Shown here: positions 42,718 through 50,599 of the stretch, in pieces
How positions within the stretch are numbered: position 1 is the first letter of the stretch
Layout of the letters: the number at the start of each line of letters is the position of its first letter
From: a virus
Reading direction: 5' to 3' (one strand)
Length of the DNA stretch: 56,400 nucleotides
IMG/VR virus record: IMGVR_UViG_3300028536_000002
Span: 1-56,400 of that record
Position numbers and translations under genes: made by a program
The notes under the pieces: generated by a model
Told to the model about the DNA's origin: nothing
Databases searched by the model: none
Seen by the model: the letters and a program-made list of their open reading frames with translations, nothing else

Positions 42718-42818
42718 CGTAGGCCCGGATCGCCCAGCTCGGCGACCAGGGCATCCCAGATCGGCAGGCCCGTGCCGACGCGGCGGTGGCGGGGGAACAG
42801 CTTGCGGAACAGGCTCAT
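42714..42818 (-). CDS. 34-codon ORF behind a conserved leader
   Basis: ATG 42818 is 6 nt after AAGGAGA of the leader CCCCCACCCAAGGAGATCTG. MSLFRKLFPRHRRVGTGLPIWDALVAELGDPGLR; high codon-3 G/C. Confidence 0.45.
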   Translation of the reverse strand: MSLFRKLFPRHRRVGTGLPIWDALVAELGDPGLR

Positions 42819-43261
42819 CAGATCTCCTTGGGTGGGGGCTTGCGAGCGGCGTAGCGCCGTCGATCGTTGACACGTTGACAGGCCCGGCAATTGCCGTTGA
42901 CGGTGCGGCCGAGCAAGGCCACGAGATGGCCGTTTCGGCAGTGCGAGAGGACAACACGCGGCCGGCGGATAGCGCGGCGCAGATTCTCGCCGTGAGTCAC
43001 AGCCTCCAGATGCTCGACGCGGATACAGAGCGTGCGCCGGCACAGATGATCCGGTTCGAGCCCGGGAGGGATGACGCCGTGCTCTAGCTCGAACGCAACG
43101 CGGTGCGCTGGCCGCAAGCGGCCAGCGATCTTGATCTGGCCGTAGCGAGCACCGCCCCGCGAAGGCACCGTTTTGCCGTGCCAGATCCGGCACTCACCTT
43201 CGGTGTGCGACAACCGCGCAAGCCGATCTGATACCGGCGTGCCGGTAGGGCTACGCCTCAT
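42818..43261 (-). CDS. HNH homing-type endonuclease (HNH_3-like)
   Basis: CRIWHGKT..GYGQIKIAGRLRPAHRVAFELEHGVIPPGLEPDHLCRRTLCIRVEHLEAVTHGENL. It is a paralogue of 54404..54844. Confidence 0.75.
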   Translation of the reverse strand: MRRSPTGTPVSDRLARLSHTEGECRIWHGKTVPSRGGARYGQIKIAGRLRPAHRVAFELEHGVIPPGLEPDHLCRRTLCIRVEHLEAVTHGENLRRAIRRPRVVLSHCRNGHLVALLGRTVNGNCRACQRVNDRRRYAARKPPPKEI

Positions 43262-43535
43262 CGCTCTGCGCCTCTCGCGGCGGTCGCCCTGGGCCTCGGA
43301 GATCCGCTAGGTGAGCGTCAATGGTCGCCGAATACCACCAGGGCACGTTGCCGACGTAGCCGTCCGGCTCAGGGAACCGGGGCCACGGCTTGCCGGCCCG
43401 GTCATGGCCGGCTGGGTAGGTGCGGGGCTCCTTGCGGTCGCGGTAGCGCAGCCGCTGGATCGAGCCGGGCGCGATGCCCGCCTTGGCTGCGGCAGCGCGG
43501 GTGTCGAGCTGCTTGCCTCGGGTGCGAGTCGCCAT
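43251..43535 (-). CDS. HTH DNA-binding protein (excisionase/MerR-like)
   Basis: ATG 43535 behind CCCCACCCAGGAAGG; LDTRAAAAKAGIAPGSIQRLRYR. Confidence 0.55.
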   Translation of the reverse strand: MATRTRGKQLDTRAAAAKAGIAPGSIQRLRYRDRKEPRTYPAGHDRAGKPWPRFPEPDGYVGNVPWWYSATIDAHLADLRGPGRPPREAQSDEA

Positions 43536-43558
43536 CGCGAATCCTTCCTGGGTGGGGC

Positions 43559-43597
43559 CAGCCCCGGGCAGCGTCGGGGGGCGCTGCGCCGGGGCTG
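43559..43597 (-). terminator. Strong stem-loop after the DUF932 gene
   Basis: 15-bp stem with one bulge, CAGCCCCGGGCAGCG (43559-43573) / CGCTGCGCCGGGGCTG (43582-43597); 15 nt after the stop at 43613. Confidence 0.6.
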
Positions 43598-43612
43598 ACG
43601 TCGGGGTGAGCG

Positions 43613-44791
43613 TCACGCGCTCGCTGCGACGAACTCCATCGCCTCGATGGCCTTGGCGTCCATCTCGTGGGCGACGTCGGCGTCGTCGATCGTCTGGCTG
43701 TAGGAGGTGAACGCCTGGGCGACGCCACCGGCGGTGACCTGCCCGCCCTTGATGAAGTGGTCCAGGATGCCGTCGATGTGCGACTGCGGGAAGCCCAGAC
43801 GCTTCACGACGGCGGTGATGGTGTCCTGCGGCTTGGCGACCGGGGCGCCAGCGCTGGCCTCCAGGCGGGCCACTGCACCGTTCAGGTACTCCGGGGCCAG
43901 GAAGCTCGCCACGGCGTCGCGGGTCTTGGCTACGACCAGCTCGACGTTCTTGGTGGCCGTGTCCTGGCTCCAGCGGATGACGCCGTCGTCGAGCTTCGAG
44001 CCGACGTGGACGGCGCGGATCGCGTCGCGGGTCACGGTCATGCCGTTGGTGCAGACCTGCACGACGATCTGCGGGGCCAGGCTCCAGGCGCCGTCGCCGA
44101 CCTCGGAGTTACGCAGGACCAGCCCGGCCGACACGACGGGCAGCTTGTCGCCGGACTCGCCGGAGAACGGGGAGCGGTAGCCCTTGAGCAGCTCGGGGGC
44201 CATCGCGGTGATCTCGGGCGCCCGGAGCTGGACGTACATGCGGCGGTCGGTCAGGTCGCAGCGACCGACCTCGACCTTGACCCCGGCCTGCTGCACGCCG
44301 TCGAGGACCGCGACCAGGGCGTCGAGGTTGTCCATGACGCCGTAGCCGTTGGACAGCAGCGCCCGGACCACGCCGGTGCCGCCGTCGTCGTCGCGGAACG
44401 CGCGGACCAGGAACGACCGCGAGTCAGGCTCGGCGATGACCTCGGTGCCGGCGTCCAGGCGGGTGACCGACCGGCCGTGGAGCCAGCCGTTGACGTTGGC
44501 GTCGTACAGGTCGGGGCGCGTCTCACGGAGCTTGCGGACGTAGGCCAGCGGGATGCCGAGCTTGTCGGCGACGCCCTCGTCGAACACGACGGTCGGGCGG
44601 TACACGCCGTCGGTGGTGGTGACGCCGTCGGGGGTGAGGATCTGCTCGGCGCCCCGGACGTGGATCAGAGCGTTGCGGGAGCGGAGCGCGGTCGCCGGGG
44701 CGACGACGTCGAGCTTGCGGGCGTGCTGGTCGCGGAGCAGGGCGACCATGTCGTCGAGCGTCGCGTTGCGGGCGGTGGTGGTGATGGTCAT
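43613..44791 (-). CDS. DUF932-family protein
   Basis: 392 aa. LLSNGYGVMDNLD, LVLRNSEVGDGAWSL and QVCTNGM match the DUF932 (phage/plasmid-like) signature. Confidence 0.7.
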   Translation of the reverse strand: MTITTTARNATLDDMVALLRDQHARKLDVVAPATALRSRNALIHVRGAEQILTPDGVTTTDGVYRPTVVFDEGVADKLGIPLAYVRKLRETRPDLYDANVNGWLHGRSVTRLDAGTEVIAEPDSRSFLVRAFRDDDGGTGVVRALLSNGYGVMDNLDALVAVLDGVQQAGVKVEVGRCDLTDRRMYVQLRAPEITAMAPELLKGYRSPFSGESGDKLPVVSAGLVLRNSEVGDGAWSLAPQIVVQVCTNGMTVTRDAIRAVHVGSKLDDGVIRWSQDTATKNVELVVAKTRDAVASFLAPEYLNGAVARLEASAGAPVAKPQDTITAVVKRLGFPQSHIDGILDHFIKGGQVTAGGVAQAFTSYSQTIDDADVAHEMDAKAIEAMEFVAASA

Positions 44792-44861
44792 TGCGGTCTC
44801 CCTTGGGTGGAAACGGTCTGGTCAAGTAAGACTATAGCCCGGCCCCCAGACAGTTTCGCAA
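44792..44861 (-). promoter_or_regulatory. Promoter/operator/leader cassette
   Basis: In - sense: TTGCGA (44861-44856), 19 nt, TATAGT (44836-44831). GTCTTA-N5-CCAGAC (44832-44816) follows, with an upstream half-site GTCTGG (44851-44846). Then TCCACCCAAGGGAG and the ATG. Confidence 0.6.
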
Positions 44862-44868
44862 GTCGGGG

Positions 44869-45315
44869 CTAGATCGTCCCGAGGATGCGGAAGTCGGGCA
44901 GCACATTCCGGCCGTCGACTCGGCCGTACAGGTGGAGCACTTCCTTGAGGTTGACGTGCTGATCGGCCGGGACGAAGCACTGCCAGGAGTGGCGGCGCCG
45001 ACCGAATACGGCGCGGTGCAGCATCGTCATGTCCTGGTAGGTCGGGGTGGTGTTGTCCCCGAGGTAGATGGAGGCGTGGAGCCAGTCCTGGTCGTCAAAC
45101 ACGTGCTGCGTCACGATGATCGAGCAGCGTAGTGGCCAGCCGGTGCCCTCGCCTCGGGTCTCGGTGCGGTGCCGGTGCTCGCCGTGGAGCTGGAAGCCGT
45201 CCCGGGCCGGGGACGGCTTGAACTCGGTCAGGATCCAGCCGGCGTCCTGGAGGGTCCGGGTGAACAGCCCGTAGGAGATGGCGATCGGCGGGGCGCCGGA
45301 GAACAGGACCGTCAC
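44869..45315 (-). CDS. Hypothetical protein (148 aa)
   Basis: GTG 45315 in a GTGA overlap; good codon bias. Confidence 0.5.
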   Translation of the reverse strand: MTVLFSGAPPIAISYGLFTRTLQDAGWILTEFKPSPARDGFQLHGEHRHRTETRGEGTGWPLRCSIIVTQHVFDDQDWLHASIYLGDNTTPTYQDMTMLHRAVFGRRRHSWQCFVPADQHVNLKEVLHLYGRVDGRNVLPDFRILGTI

Positions 45316-45527
45316 CGGTCGTCCTCGGGGCCTCGGGAGCGCCACGCCATCGGGAGCCGGCCGCCCATCGTCAGGTGGGTGTCCAGGTCGGCGGCGCGGT
45401 CTCGGATCGTCTCGGCGTGGTGCTGCTCCTCGTCGGTGGTCTCGGCCGTGTCGTAGCCTCGGATCGCCTCGCGGAGGTCGGCGAGCGCGGCGTTGGCGTC
45501 GATGGGCTGTTCGGTGGGTGGGGTCAT
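45312..45527 (-). CDS. Acidic small protein (71 aa)
   Basis: ATG 45527 with GGAGCC upstream. Confidence 0.5.
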   Translation of the reverse strand: MTPPTEQPIDANAALADLREAIRGYDTAETTDEEQHHAETIRDRAADLDTHLTMGGRLPMAWRSRGPEDDR

Positions 45528-45536
45528 GGTGGGCTC

Positions 45537-46055
45537 CTAGAGCGGGTCGACGTCGATGATCTTGCCGAGCCGGTCGCGCCGGCCCCGTTCCACGTGCGGC
45601 ACCGACGGCAGCGGGCCACGGTCATCGGTGCCGGGGATGCCGAGCCGGCCCAGGCCCTGGGCGTGCTGGTAGGCGATGATGCGGCGGCGGGCTTCTACCG
45701 ACAGCTCGGACAGCTTGATCGGGACGCCGTTCAGGTAGTCGGCGAGCATGGAGCACAGCTCGCACGCCAGCCGGTACTCGAACTCGGCACGGGCCTCGGT
45801 GGACGCCTTGTCCTTGGCGGCGGCGTCCAGCAGCTCGATCTGGCGGTTGACCGTGGCCAGTGCCGGGCCGAGCAGATCCTCCTCGGTCTGGGCGCGGGCC
45901 GTCTCGACGACGTGGTCCTGGTCGTGGGTCACGGCGACGGCGCACTGCGCGCAGCAGGGGCGCTGGTCGCGGCGCAGCTTCATCTCGCACCGCGACCAGG
46001 ACGCCCCGCAGTTGGAGCACTTGCCGGGGTTCGGGTTGGCGTTCATGCGCTCCAT
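45537..46055 (-). CDS. Cys-rich N-terminus + helical protein (172 aa)
   Basis: ATG 46055 in a TGATG overlap; CSNCGASWSRCEMKLRRDQRPCCAQC looks like a zinc ribbon. Confidence 0.5.
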   Translation of the reverse strand: MERMNANPNPGKCSNCGASWSRCEMKLRRDQRPCCAQCAVAVTHDQDHVVETARAQTEEDLLGPALATVNRQIELLDAAAKDKASTEARAEFEYRLACELCSMLADYLNGVPIKLSELSVEARRRIIAYQHAQGLGRLGIPGTDDRGPLPSVPHVERGRRDRLGKIIDVDPL

Positions 46056-46228
46056 CACGGCTTCGGCTTCTTGGTCGATTGGGTCTTGGTGACCTTGCCG
46101 CCCCGGATGACCTTCTGCGGCACGTGCGGCTTGCCTTGCTCGGCGTGGCGTTTGCCGCCGGTGGCTCCGGCGAGCCGGGCGAGCCCGGTCTTCTTGGCCC
46201 GGTTGCCGCCGTGCTGGCCTTTAGGCAT
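46055..46228 (-). CDS. Very basic Lys/Arg/Gly-rich small protein (57 aa)
   Basis: Not in the track. ATG 46228 behind the leader. MPKGQHGGNRAKKTGLARLAGATGGKRHAEQGKPHVPQKVIRGGKVTKTQSTKKPKP. Confidence 0.5.
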   Translation of the reverse strand: MPKGQHGGNRAKKTGLARLAGATGGKRHAEQGKPHVPQKVIRGGKVTKTQSTKKPKP

Positions 46229-46294
46229 GGTCGTCTCCCTTGGGTGGGGGTCTGGTCACCCCAGACCATAGCGGCCGGGGTCAAGCCTCGTCAG
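46229..46294 (-). promoter_or_regulatory. Promoter/operator/leader cassette (best-formed copy)
   Basis: In - sense: CTGACG (46294-46289), 18 nt, TATGGT (46270-46265). The -10 overlaps GTCTGG-N5-CCAGAC (46266-46250). Then CCCCACCCAAGGGAGAC and the ATG. Confidence 0.65.
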
Positions 46295-46321
46295 CTCGAA
46301 CCCCGGCCGCTACGGCGCCGG

Positions 46322-46720
46322 TCAGGCGGTCAGCTCCCCCATGTCCTCCAACAGCCGCTCGAACTGCTTGGTGATCGGGTTGGTGACCTTCGCATCGCCG
46401 AGCTCATCCAGGTATGGCTTCATGACGCCAGTCCACAGACGCCGCATCGTGGTGTGCGCAGTGCGGGCGCGCCACTGCCGGAACGCGACCACGTCATCGG
46501 CGTCGGTCGACCAGCGGTACCCATCCCGGCCCGAGACGAGCGGCAGGTCCGGGTAGGTATCGCGGAGATAGGCCACGGCGGCGGCGACCTGCGCCGCTGT
46601 CAGCCCGGTCAGCGCAGCCAGCTCGGCCTTGCCGCGCCAGATGTCACCGTCCACGCCGACTTCGGGGATGTGTTCGAAGATCGCGGCGGCCCACGTCGGC
46701 CGCTCGGCCGGGCGGCCCAT
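46322..46720 (-). CDS. Hypothetical protein, possible winged-helix (132 aa)
   Basis: Track ORF; KAELAALTGLTAAQVAAAVAYLRD is HTH-like. Confidence 0.5.
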   Translation of the reverse strand: MGRPAERPTWAAAIFEHIPEVGVDGDIWRGKAELAALTGLTAAQVAAAVAYLRDTYPDLPLVSGRDGYRWSTDADDVVAFRQWRARTAHTTMRRLWTGVMKPYLDELGDAKVTNPITKQFERLLEDMGELTA

Positions 46721-47532
46721 CAGCGTGCCTCGCTCAGGATGGCCTCGATGCCGGCGTCCAGGTCGGACTTGCCGGTCTCCACGAAGCGGCGCACAGCGGC
46801 GAGGGTGATCTCGGCACGTTCCAGCGCCTCGGTGAGCAGGGTGCGGTCGACGTCGGGCAGGTCGCCGACGCGGCGTAACACGTCGCCGGTGTCCCGGTTG
46901 AACGTGGACAGCGCCCGGGCCAGGTCTAGCAGCGCCACGCGGCTGTCGATCTTCGCGGGGATGGGGTCGGTCTCGGCCTTGCGCTCGGCGCGGCGGACCC
47001 GTTCGTTGTGGAGCTTCGTCAGCGACCTGGCGGCCTCACCGGCGATCTTGGGGTCGGCTTCGATCGCGGCGGCGACGGCGGCCGGGGTGTTCACCACCTG
47101 GATCACGGTGTTCGGGGAGACGTCGTGCTCGGCGGCGGTCCGCTCGATCTTGGCCATCTCCTCGGGGTGGGCCTCGCGGTAGAGCCGGGCGTTCTTCGGC
47201 TCGTAGGGCCAGGGCGCGTCGGGGAGCGCGACGGACTTGCCGGGTTCGACGGGCTGTGCCTTGCCGTCGGCGACGGCGGCGGCCCACGCCTCGGCGTAGA
47301 GCTGCACTGTGTCCTTGGACTTGAGCCCGTTGATGCCGAGCTTCGCGAAGCCGGCCGGGGTGAGAGATCGGCTGGAATCAGCCGATCTCTTGGGGCCGGG
47401 CTTGTTGTCGAGCCGGACGAACGCGGCGACGATCGCAGCGCGGGTCCACTGCTTGGCCGTCAACAACGCCTCCAGGCCACCGAGCGAGTCGACGGCCTCC
47501 TGCACGCTGGACGGGATCTTGATGCGGGTCAT
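46720..47532 (-). CDS. Hypothetical DNA-binding-like protein (270 aa)
   Basis: ATG 47532 behind the leader CCCCAACCCAAGGAAGG; LTPAGFAKLGINGLKSKDTVQLYAEAW is HTH-like. Confidence 0.55.
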   Translation of the reverse strand: MTRIKIPSSVQEAVDSLGGLEALLTAKQWTRAAIVAAFVRLDNKPGPKRSADSSRSLTPAGFAKLGINGLKSKDTVQLYAEAWAAAVADGKAQPVEPGKSVALPDAPWPYEPKNARLYREAHPEEMAKIERTAAEHDVSPNTVIQVVNTPAAVAAAIEADPKIAGEAARSLTKLHNERVRRAERKAETDPIPAKIDSRVALLDLARALSTFNRDTGDVLRRVGDLPDVDRTLLTEALERAEITLAAVRRFVETGKSDLDAGIEAILSEAR

Positions 47533-47590
47533 GCGGGTGTTCCTTCCTTGGGTTGGGGTCTTGCTAGACCAGACAGGATATCCCCGGCCG
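47533..47590 (-). promoter_or_regulatory. Promoter/operator/leader cassette (variant)
   Basis: In - sense: GATATC (47582-47577), CT, GTCTGG-N5-CAAGAC (47574-47558), CCCAACCCAAGGAAGG, then the ATG. The -35 is unclear. Confidence 0.45.
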
Positions 47591-48207
47591 GCGCCGCTGG
47601 CAGGCGGTCTCGCGCGCGGTCTGTGGTACAAGGCTGGGGGCTGAGTTGCAAGGTGGGTTCCTCGCAGGGCGACCACGTTATTCGTCTCCCAACCACAACG
47701 GCACAGGACAGTTCAGTTCCTTTGGACGCCAAGCTCCGCTTGGCCAAGAGCATCGTGGCGGCGCCGGCCGAACCCGGTTGGGGGCGGGGCGCAGGGTGCG
47801 CACTTATGACCCGAGTGGCTGCCAGCTCGTGGCTGTGCTGCTCGGGTAGAACGGGTAGCTGGTCGGTCGTGGCCACGGCCTCCGCTACGGCTAGCGGGGC
47901 GGGCTCAGGGTGAGCGGTCGCGCGGTGTCGGCGATGGCGGATACACTCGGCGCTACCTCCAGTCTGGGGCTGTCAGACTTGGTGGGGAGCTTCACCGAAG
48001 GGCCGCCGTGGCTGGCGGCCTTTCGTGTTCCCCGGTTCGATCGAGAGCATAGCGCCCGGCACCAGGTGTGGCGGTCTTCGCGACGGTCCCCGCCGACGCC
48101 GGTGCCGGGCATGCGCCGGCCGAGAGGCAGACCCACCCAATAGGTTTCTGCCCCCGGCTCGACGACTTCCCGGCGCGCTTGGCCCCGGGCTACCGCGCGA
48201 CGATAGC
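47591..48207. other. Roughly 0.6-kb apparently non-coding region with cassette fragments
   Basis: The ORFs here show little or only intermediate enrichment of G/C at codon position 3. The region contains GTCTGG-N5-TCAGAC (47962-47978) and a + oriented CAGACCCACCCAATAGG (48128-48144). A lower-G/C patch lies at 47675-47730. Confidence 0.5.
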
Positions 48208-48498
48208 TCAGTGCGAGCGGCGCGGCCGGGCAGCGGGGCACTCATGCACCGCGTAGCCCCGGGTGGTGTTCAGCCGGCCAGCGCGCGCGTCGGCGGCCTC
48301 GGCGACCACGCGGGCGATGGGCCGGCGCACAGCCCGGCCCCGCTCGTCCAGGTCGTAAAGGCCACCGGGGACGCGCAGCTCGTCGAGCACCTTCCGGGAG
48401 CCGTGGCGGTCGACTGTGATCAGGACTCGGTGGCGCAGGCAACGGGCGCACAGAGTGGCGGGCAGGGCGTCGCGGGTGAGCGTGCTGTTTGCGCTCAT
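48208..48498 (-). CDS. Hypothetical protein (96 aa)
   Basis: ATG 48498 with GAGGAGG upstream; CARC ... HEC. Confidence 0.55.
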   Translation of the reverse strand: MSANSTLTRDALPATLCARCLRHRVLITVDRHGSRKVLDELRVPGGLYDLDERGRAVRRPIARVVAEAADARAGRLNTTRGYAVHECPAARPRRSH

Positions 48499-48590
48499 CG
48501 CGGCCTCCTCGGCTCAGGGAGCAGCGCCTCCACACGGGCGCCTGTCTGCTCTCACAAGACCAATGTACGTGCCGGGGCCGACATCATCCA
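48499..48590 (-). promoter_or_regulatory. Promoter/operator (variant without the C-rich leader)
   Basis: In - sense: TACATT (48567-48562), G, GTCTTG-N5-GCAGAC (48560-48544). A palindrome CACATGTG lies further upstream. This intergenic region has lower G/C. Confidence 0.45.
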
Positions 48591-48614
48591 CAGGGTTGTT
48601 CACATGTGGAAGGT

Positions 48615-48836
48615 CTAGCCGGTGAATTGCCACACCCGGCAGGACACGGCAGGGAACGTGGGGTGGGCCTCGAACCGGTCCGTCGGCACGTAGAGCATCG
48701 TCTTGCCGACATGCTCGGTGGAGTGGCGTTCCTGCTCGGCGTCGGCCTCGAAGTAACACCAGCCGTCCCGATAGCCCCCTCGGAAGAGAACTACGGGACG
48801 GCCGATGTCCCAGCCTGGCTTAGCTGTTGTCGCCAT
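48615..48836 (-). CDS. Hypothetical protein (73 aa)
   Basis: Track ORF; overlaps the RecT 3' end by 17 nt. Confidence 0.5.
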   Translation of the reverse strand: MATTAKPGWDIGRPVVLFRGGYRDGWCYFEADAEQERHSTEHVGKTMLYVPTDRFEAHPTFPAVSCRVWQFTG

Positions 48837-50082
48837 CCGGGTCGTCCCCGAGGTCGATCTGCCCGGCGTGCTCGGCCTCGAACCGCTCGGCCTCGTAGGC
48901 GGCGTCGATTGCGGCCTCCTGGTCCGCGTCGGACAGCGCCGTGGCCTCCGGGCCGGCGACAGGTGCTGCGGCCGGCTCGGGCTCGCTCGGGGCCGCCACC
49001 GGCGGGTTCCACGCCAGTGCCGCCTTGAGCTCGTCGGTGGTGGCGAACTCGATCGGGATGGTGGCGCCGTGCTGGATCACCTTGAGCACCGACGCGAGCT
49101 GCCCGCCGTGCTTGTCGATGCCGGCGTCGCGGAGCCCCTTCCACAGGGCCGTCTGCCGGGCGCGAGCGCGGCCCTGCTCATCGTCGGCTGTCCCGGCTGG
49201 CGGGACAGCTTGTGTCGGCTCCTGGGACGCCTCGGCCGCGTCGCTGGCCTGCTCGGCTTCCATCTGCTCGGCCGTCGGCGGTTCGGTGCCGCCGGTGCCG
49301 CCCGGCTCGCCGTCGAACTGGTCCAGCGCGTCCGGGGACAGGTCGACGCGGACCGACTCGTCCGACGCGATGGCCTGCGCGAGCAGCGTCGACTTCGGCA
49401 GGAACTTGAACATCGCCCGCACGCAGGACTTGCGGGCCATCGCGTCGTAGTCCGTCGCCCACGGCGACCGGGCGTTGCGCCCGGACTGCGAGCGGAGGCG
49501 GATCGTCTCGACGTCGTCGCGGCCCATCACGTGGAACACCCGGCCGCCGTTCACCATCCGCGCCACGGCGTAGTAGAGGATCGGCTCGCCCTTCTCGGCG
49601 TCGAACCGGGGCCGGTGCACGAGCTTGTCCTCCAGCCCGTACTCGATCTCGTAGTCCTCACCGGCGAAGATCGTGTGGGCCTTGATCTCGGCGACGAGCT
49701 GGGACCGCTGCGCCAGCTCGATCATGCCCTGATACCCGAGGATCCACTGCGCCTCGGTCACGCCCCGCTGGCTGTTCTTGAACGGCAACACCCACCCGTG
49801 CCCGAGCGCGGGCACGTTGGGTCGGAGCCCGAGCTGCGCGGCGGTCATCAGCGCACCGAACAGGGTCGGCTTGGTGCAGGCGAGCAACTGCGGGACGTTG
49901 CGGACGGCGGTGATCGCGTCGCGGATGAGCTGGGTGGCTTCCATGCCGCGTGGCATCGCAAGCTGGAACTGCTCCTGCATCAGCATCAGCTCGGCCTGGA
50001 GGTTGACGACGCGGTCGACCTCCTTGCCGGGCTTGAGCCCGGCGGCCTCGCGGGCTGCGGTGGACGTGGTCGGTTCGGTCAT
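48820..50082 (-). CDS. recT: RecT-family single-strand annealing protein with long acidic C-terminal extension
   Basis: LGLRPNVPALGHGWVLPFKN..WILGYQGMIELAQRS..IKAHTIFAGEDYE matches the RecT core. ATG 50082 lies behind the leader CCCCACCCCAAGGAGAA. Confidence 0.8.
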   Translation of the reverse strand: MTEPTTSTAAREAAGLKPGKEVDRVVNLQAELMLMQEQFQLAMPRGMEATQLIRDAITAVRNVPQLLACTKPTLFGALMTAAQLGLRPNVPALGHGWVLPFKNSQRGVTEAQWILGYQGMIELAQRSQLVAEIKAHTIFAGEDYEIEYGLEDKLVHRPRFDAEKGEPILYYAVARMVNGGRVFHVMGRDDVETIRLRSQSGRNARSPWATDYDAMARKSCVRAMFKFLPKSTLLAQAIASDESVRVDLSPDALDQFDGEPGGTGGTEPPTAEQMEAEQASDAAEASQEPTQAVPPAGTADDEQGRARARQTALWKGLRDAGIDKHGGQLASVLKVIQHGATIPIEFATTDELKAALAWNPPVAAPSEPEPAAAPVAGPEATALSDADQEAAIDAAYEAERFEAEHAGQIDLGDDPDGDNS

Positions 50083-50390
50083 GGCTTTCTCCTTGGGGTG
50101 GGGATTTGCTTCACGACGAGCTTGCCCGGGATCCGGGTCTCGTCAACGGTCAGCGGCCTGTACGCGGCGGCCGGGTACAGCGTGCGGGGATGGATCAGGA
50201 TGTGGTCGCGGATCAGGATCTCGATCAGGTCCGCCCAGTACGGGCCGAGCGGGTCATGGTGGGTGCGGATGCCGCGCACCCCGGCACCCATCGAGGCGGG
50301 CCGGCTCAGCTTGGGCCGCCAGCCCTGCGGCGACCAGACGATCAGCTCCCGGCGGGCGGCCTCGACGAGCATCTGCATGTCGGGCGTCAT
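50079..50390 (-). CDS. Hypothetical protein (103 aa)
   Basis: Track ORF; overlaps neighbours by 4 nt. Confidence 0.5.
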   Translation of the reverse strand: MTPDMQMLVEAARRELIVWSPQGWRPKLSRPASMGAGVRGIRTHHDPLGPYWADLIEILIRDHILIHPRTLYPAAAYRPLTVDETRIPGKLVVKQIPTPRRKP

Positions 50391-50599
50391 CGGCCGAAGA
50401 TCTTGCGGTGCCGGCGCCGGTAGAACTCCGGCTCACGCTCCCCGGTCTCGACGTCCTTCGTGGTGAGGCGGACCTCGGGCGGGGTCTCGTCATCGGCCAC
50501 GACGTCATCGGTCGGCAACGGCTCGAACGCGCCGGACTTGGGCCGGGCGCGCAGCAGCCGGTCGACCTCTCGTTCGCGGCGAGACAGGTCGCCGGTCAC
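50387..50599 (-). CDS. Hypothetical protein (70 aa)
   Basis: GTG 50599 in a GTGA overlap with the exonuclease stop. Confidence 0.45.
   Translation of the reverse strand: MTGDLSRREREVDRLLRARPKSGAFEPLPTDDVVADDETPPEVRLTTKDVETGEREPEFYRRRHRKIFGR

Noticed and set aside
42855-42905. Three GTTGAC motifs in 40 nt (cgttgacacgttgacagg...ccgttgacgg) as iterons or stacked -35 boxes.
   Set aside because: They lie inside the well-supported HNH coding frame, on the non-transcribed orientation, with no -10 partner. They are most simply codon coincidence (..VNDRRR../..CQRVN..).
48025-48215. tRNA-like strings: GGTTCGATC (about 48034) and ATAGCTCAGTGCGAGC (about 48203).
   Set aside because: No complementary T-stem flanks the first. 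The second has a 5-nt D-loop and no acceptor or anticodon stems can be drawn. It also overlaps the 3' end of CDS 48208..48498.
47529-48241. Track ORFs 47529..47876 (-), 47891..48241 (-) and 47910..48143 (+) as genes.
   Set aside because: The first has many A/T-ending codons, showing no coding-type G/C enrichment at position 3. The second is only intermediate. None has an RBS or leader, and the products have odd composition. The region is kept as probably non-coding, although 47891..48241 is not fully excluded.
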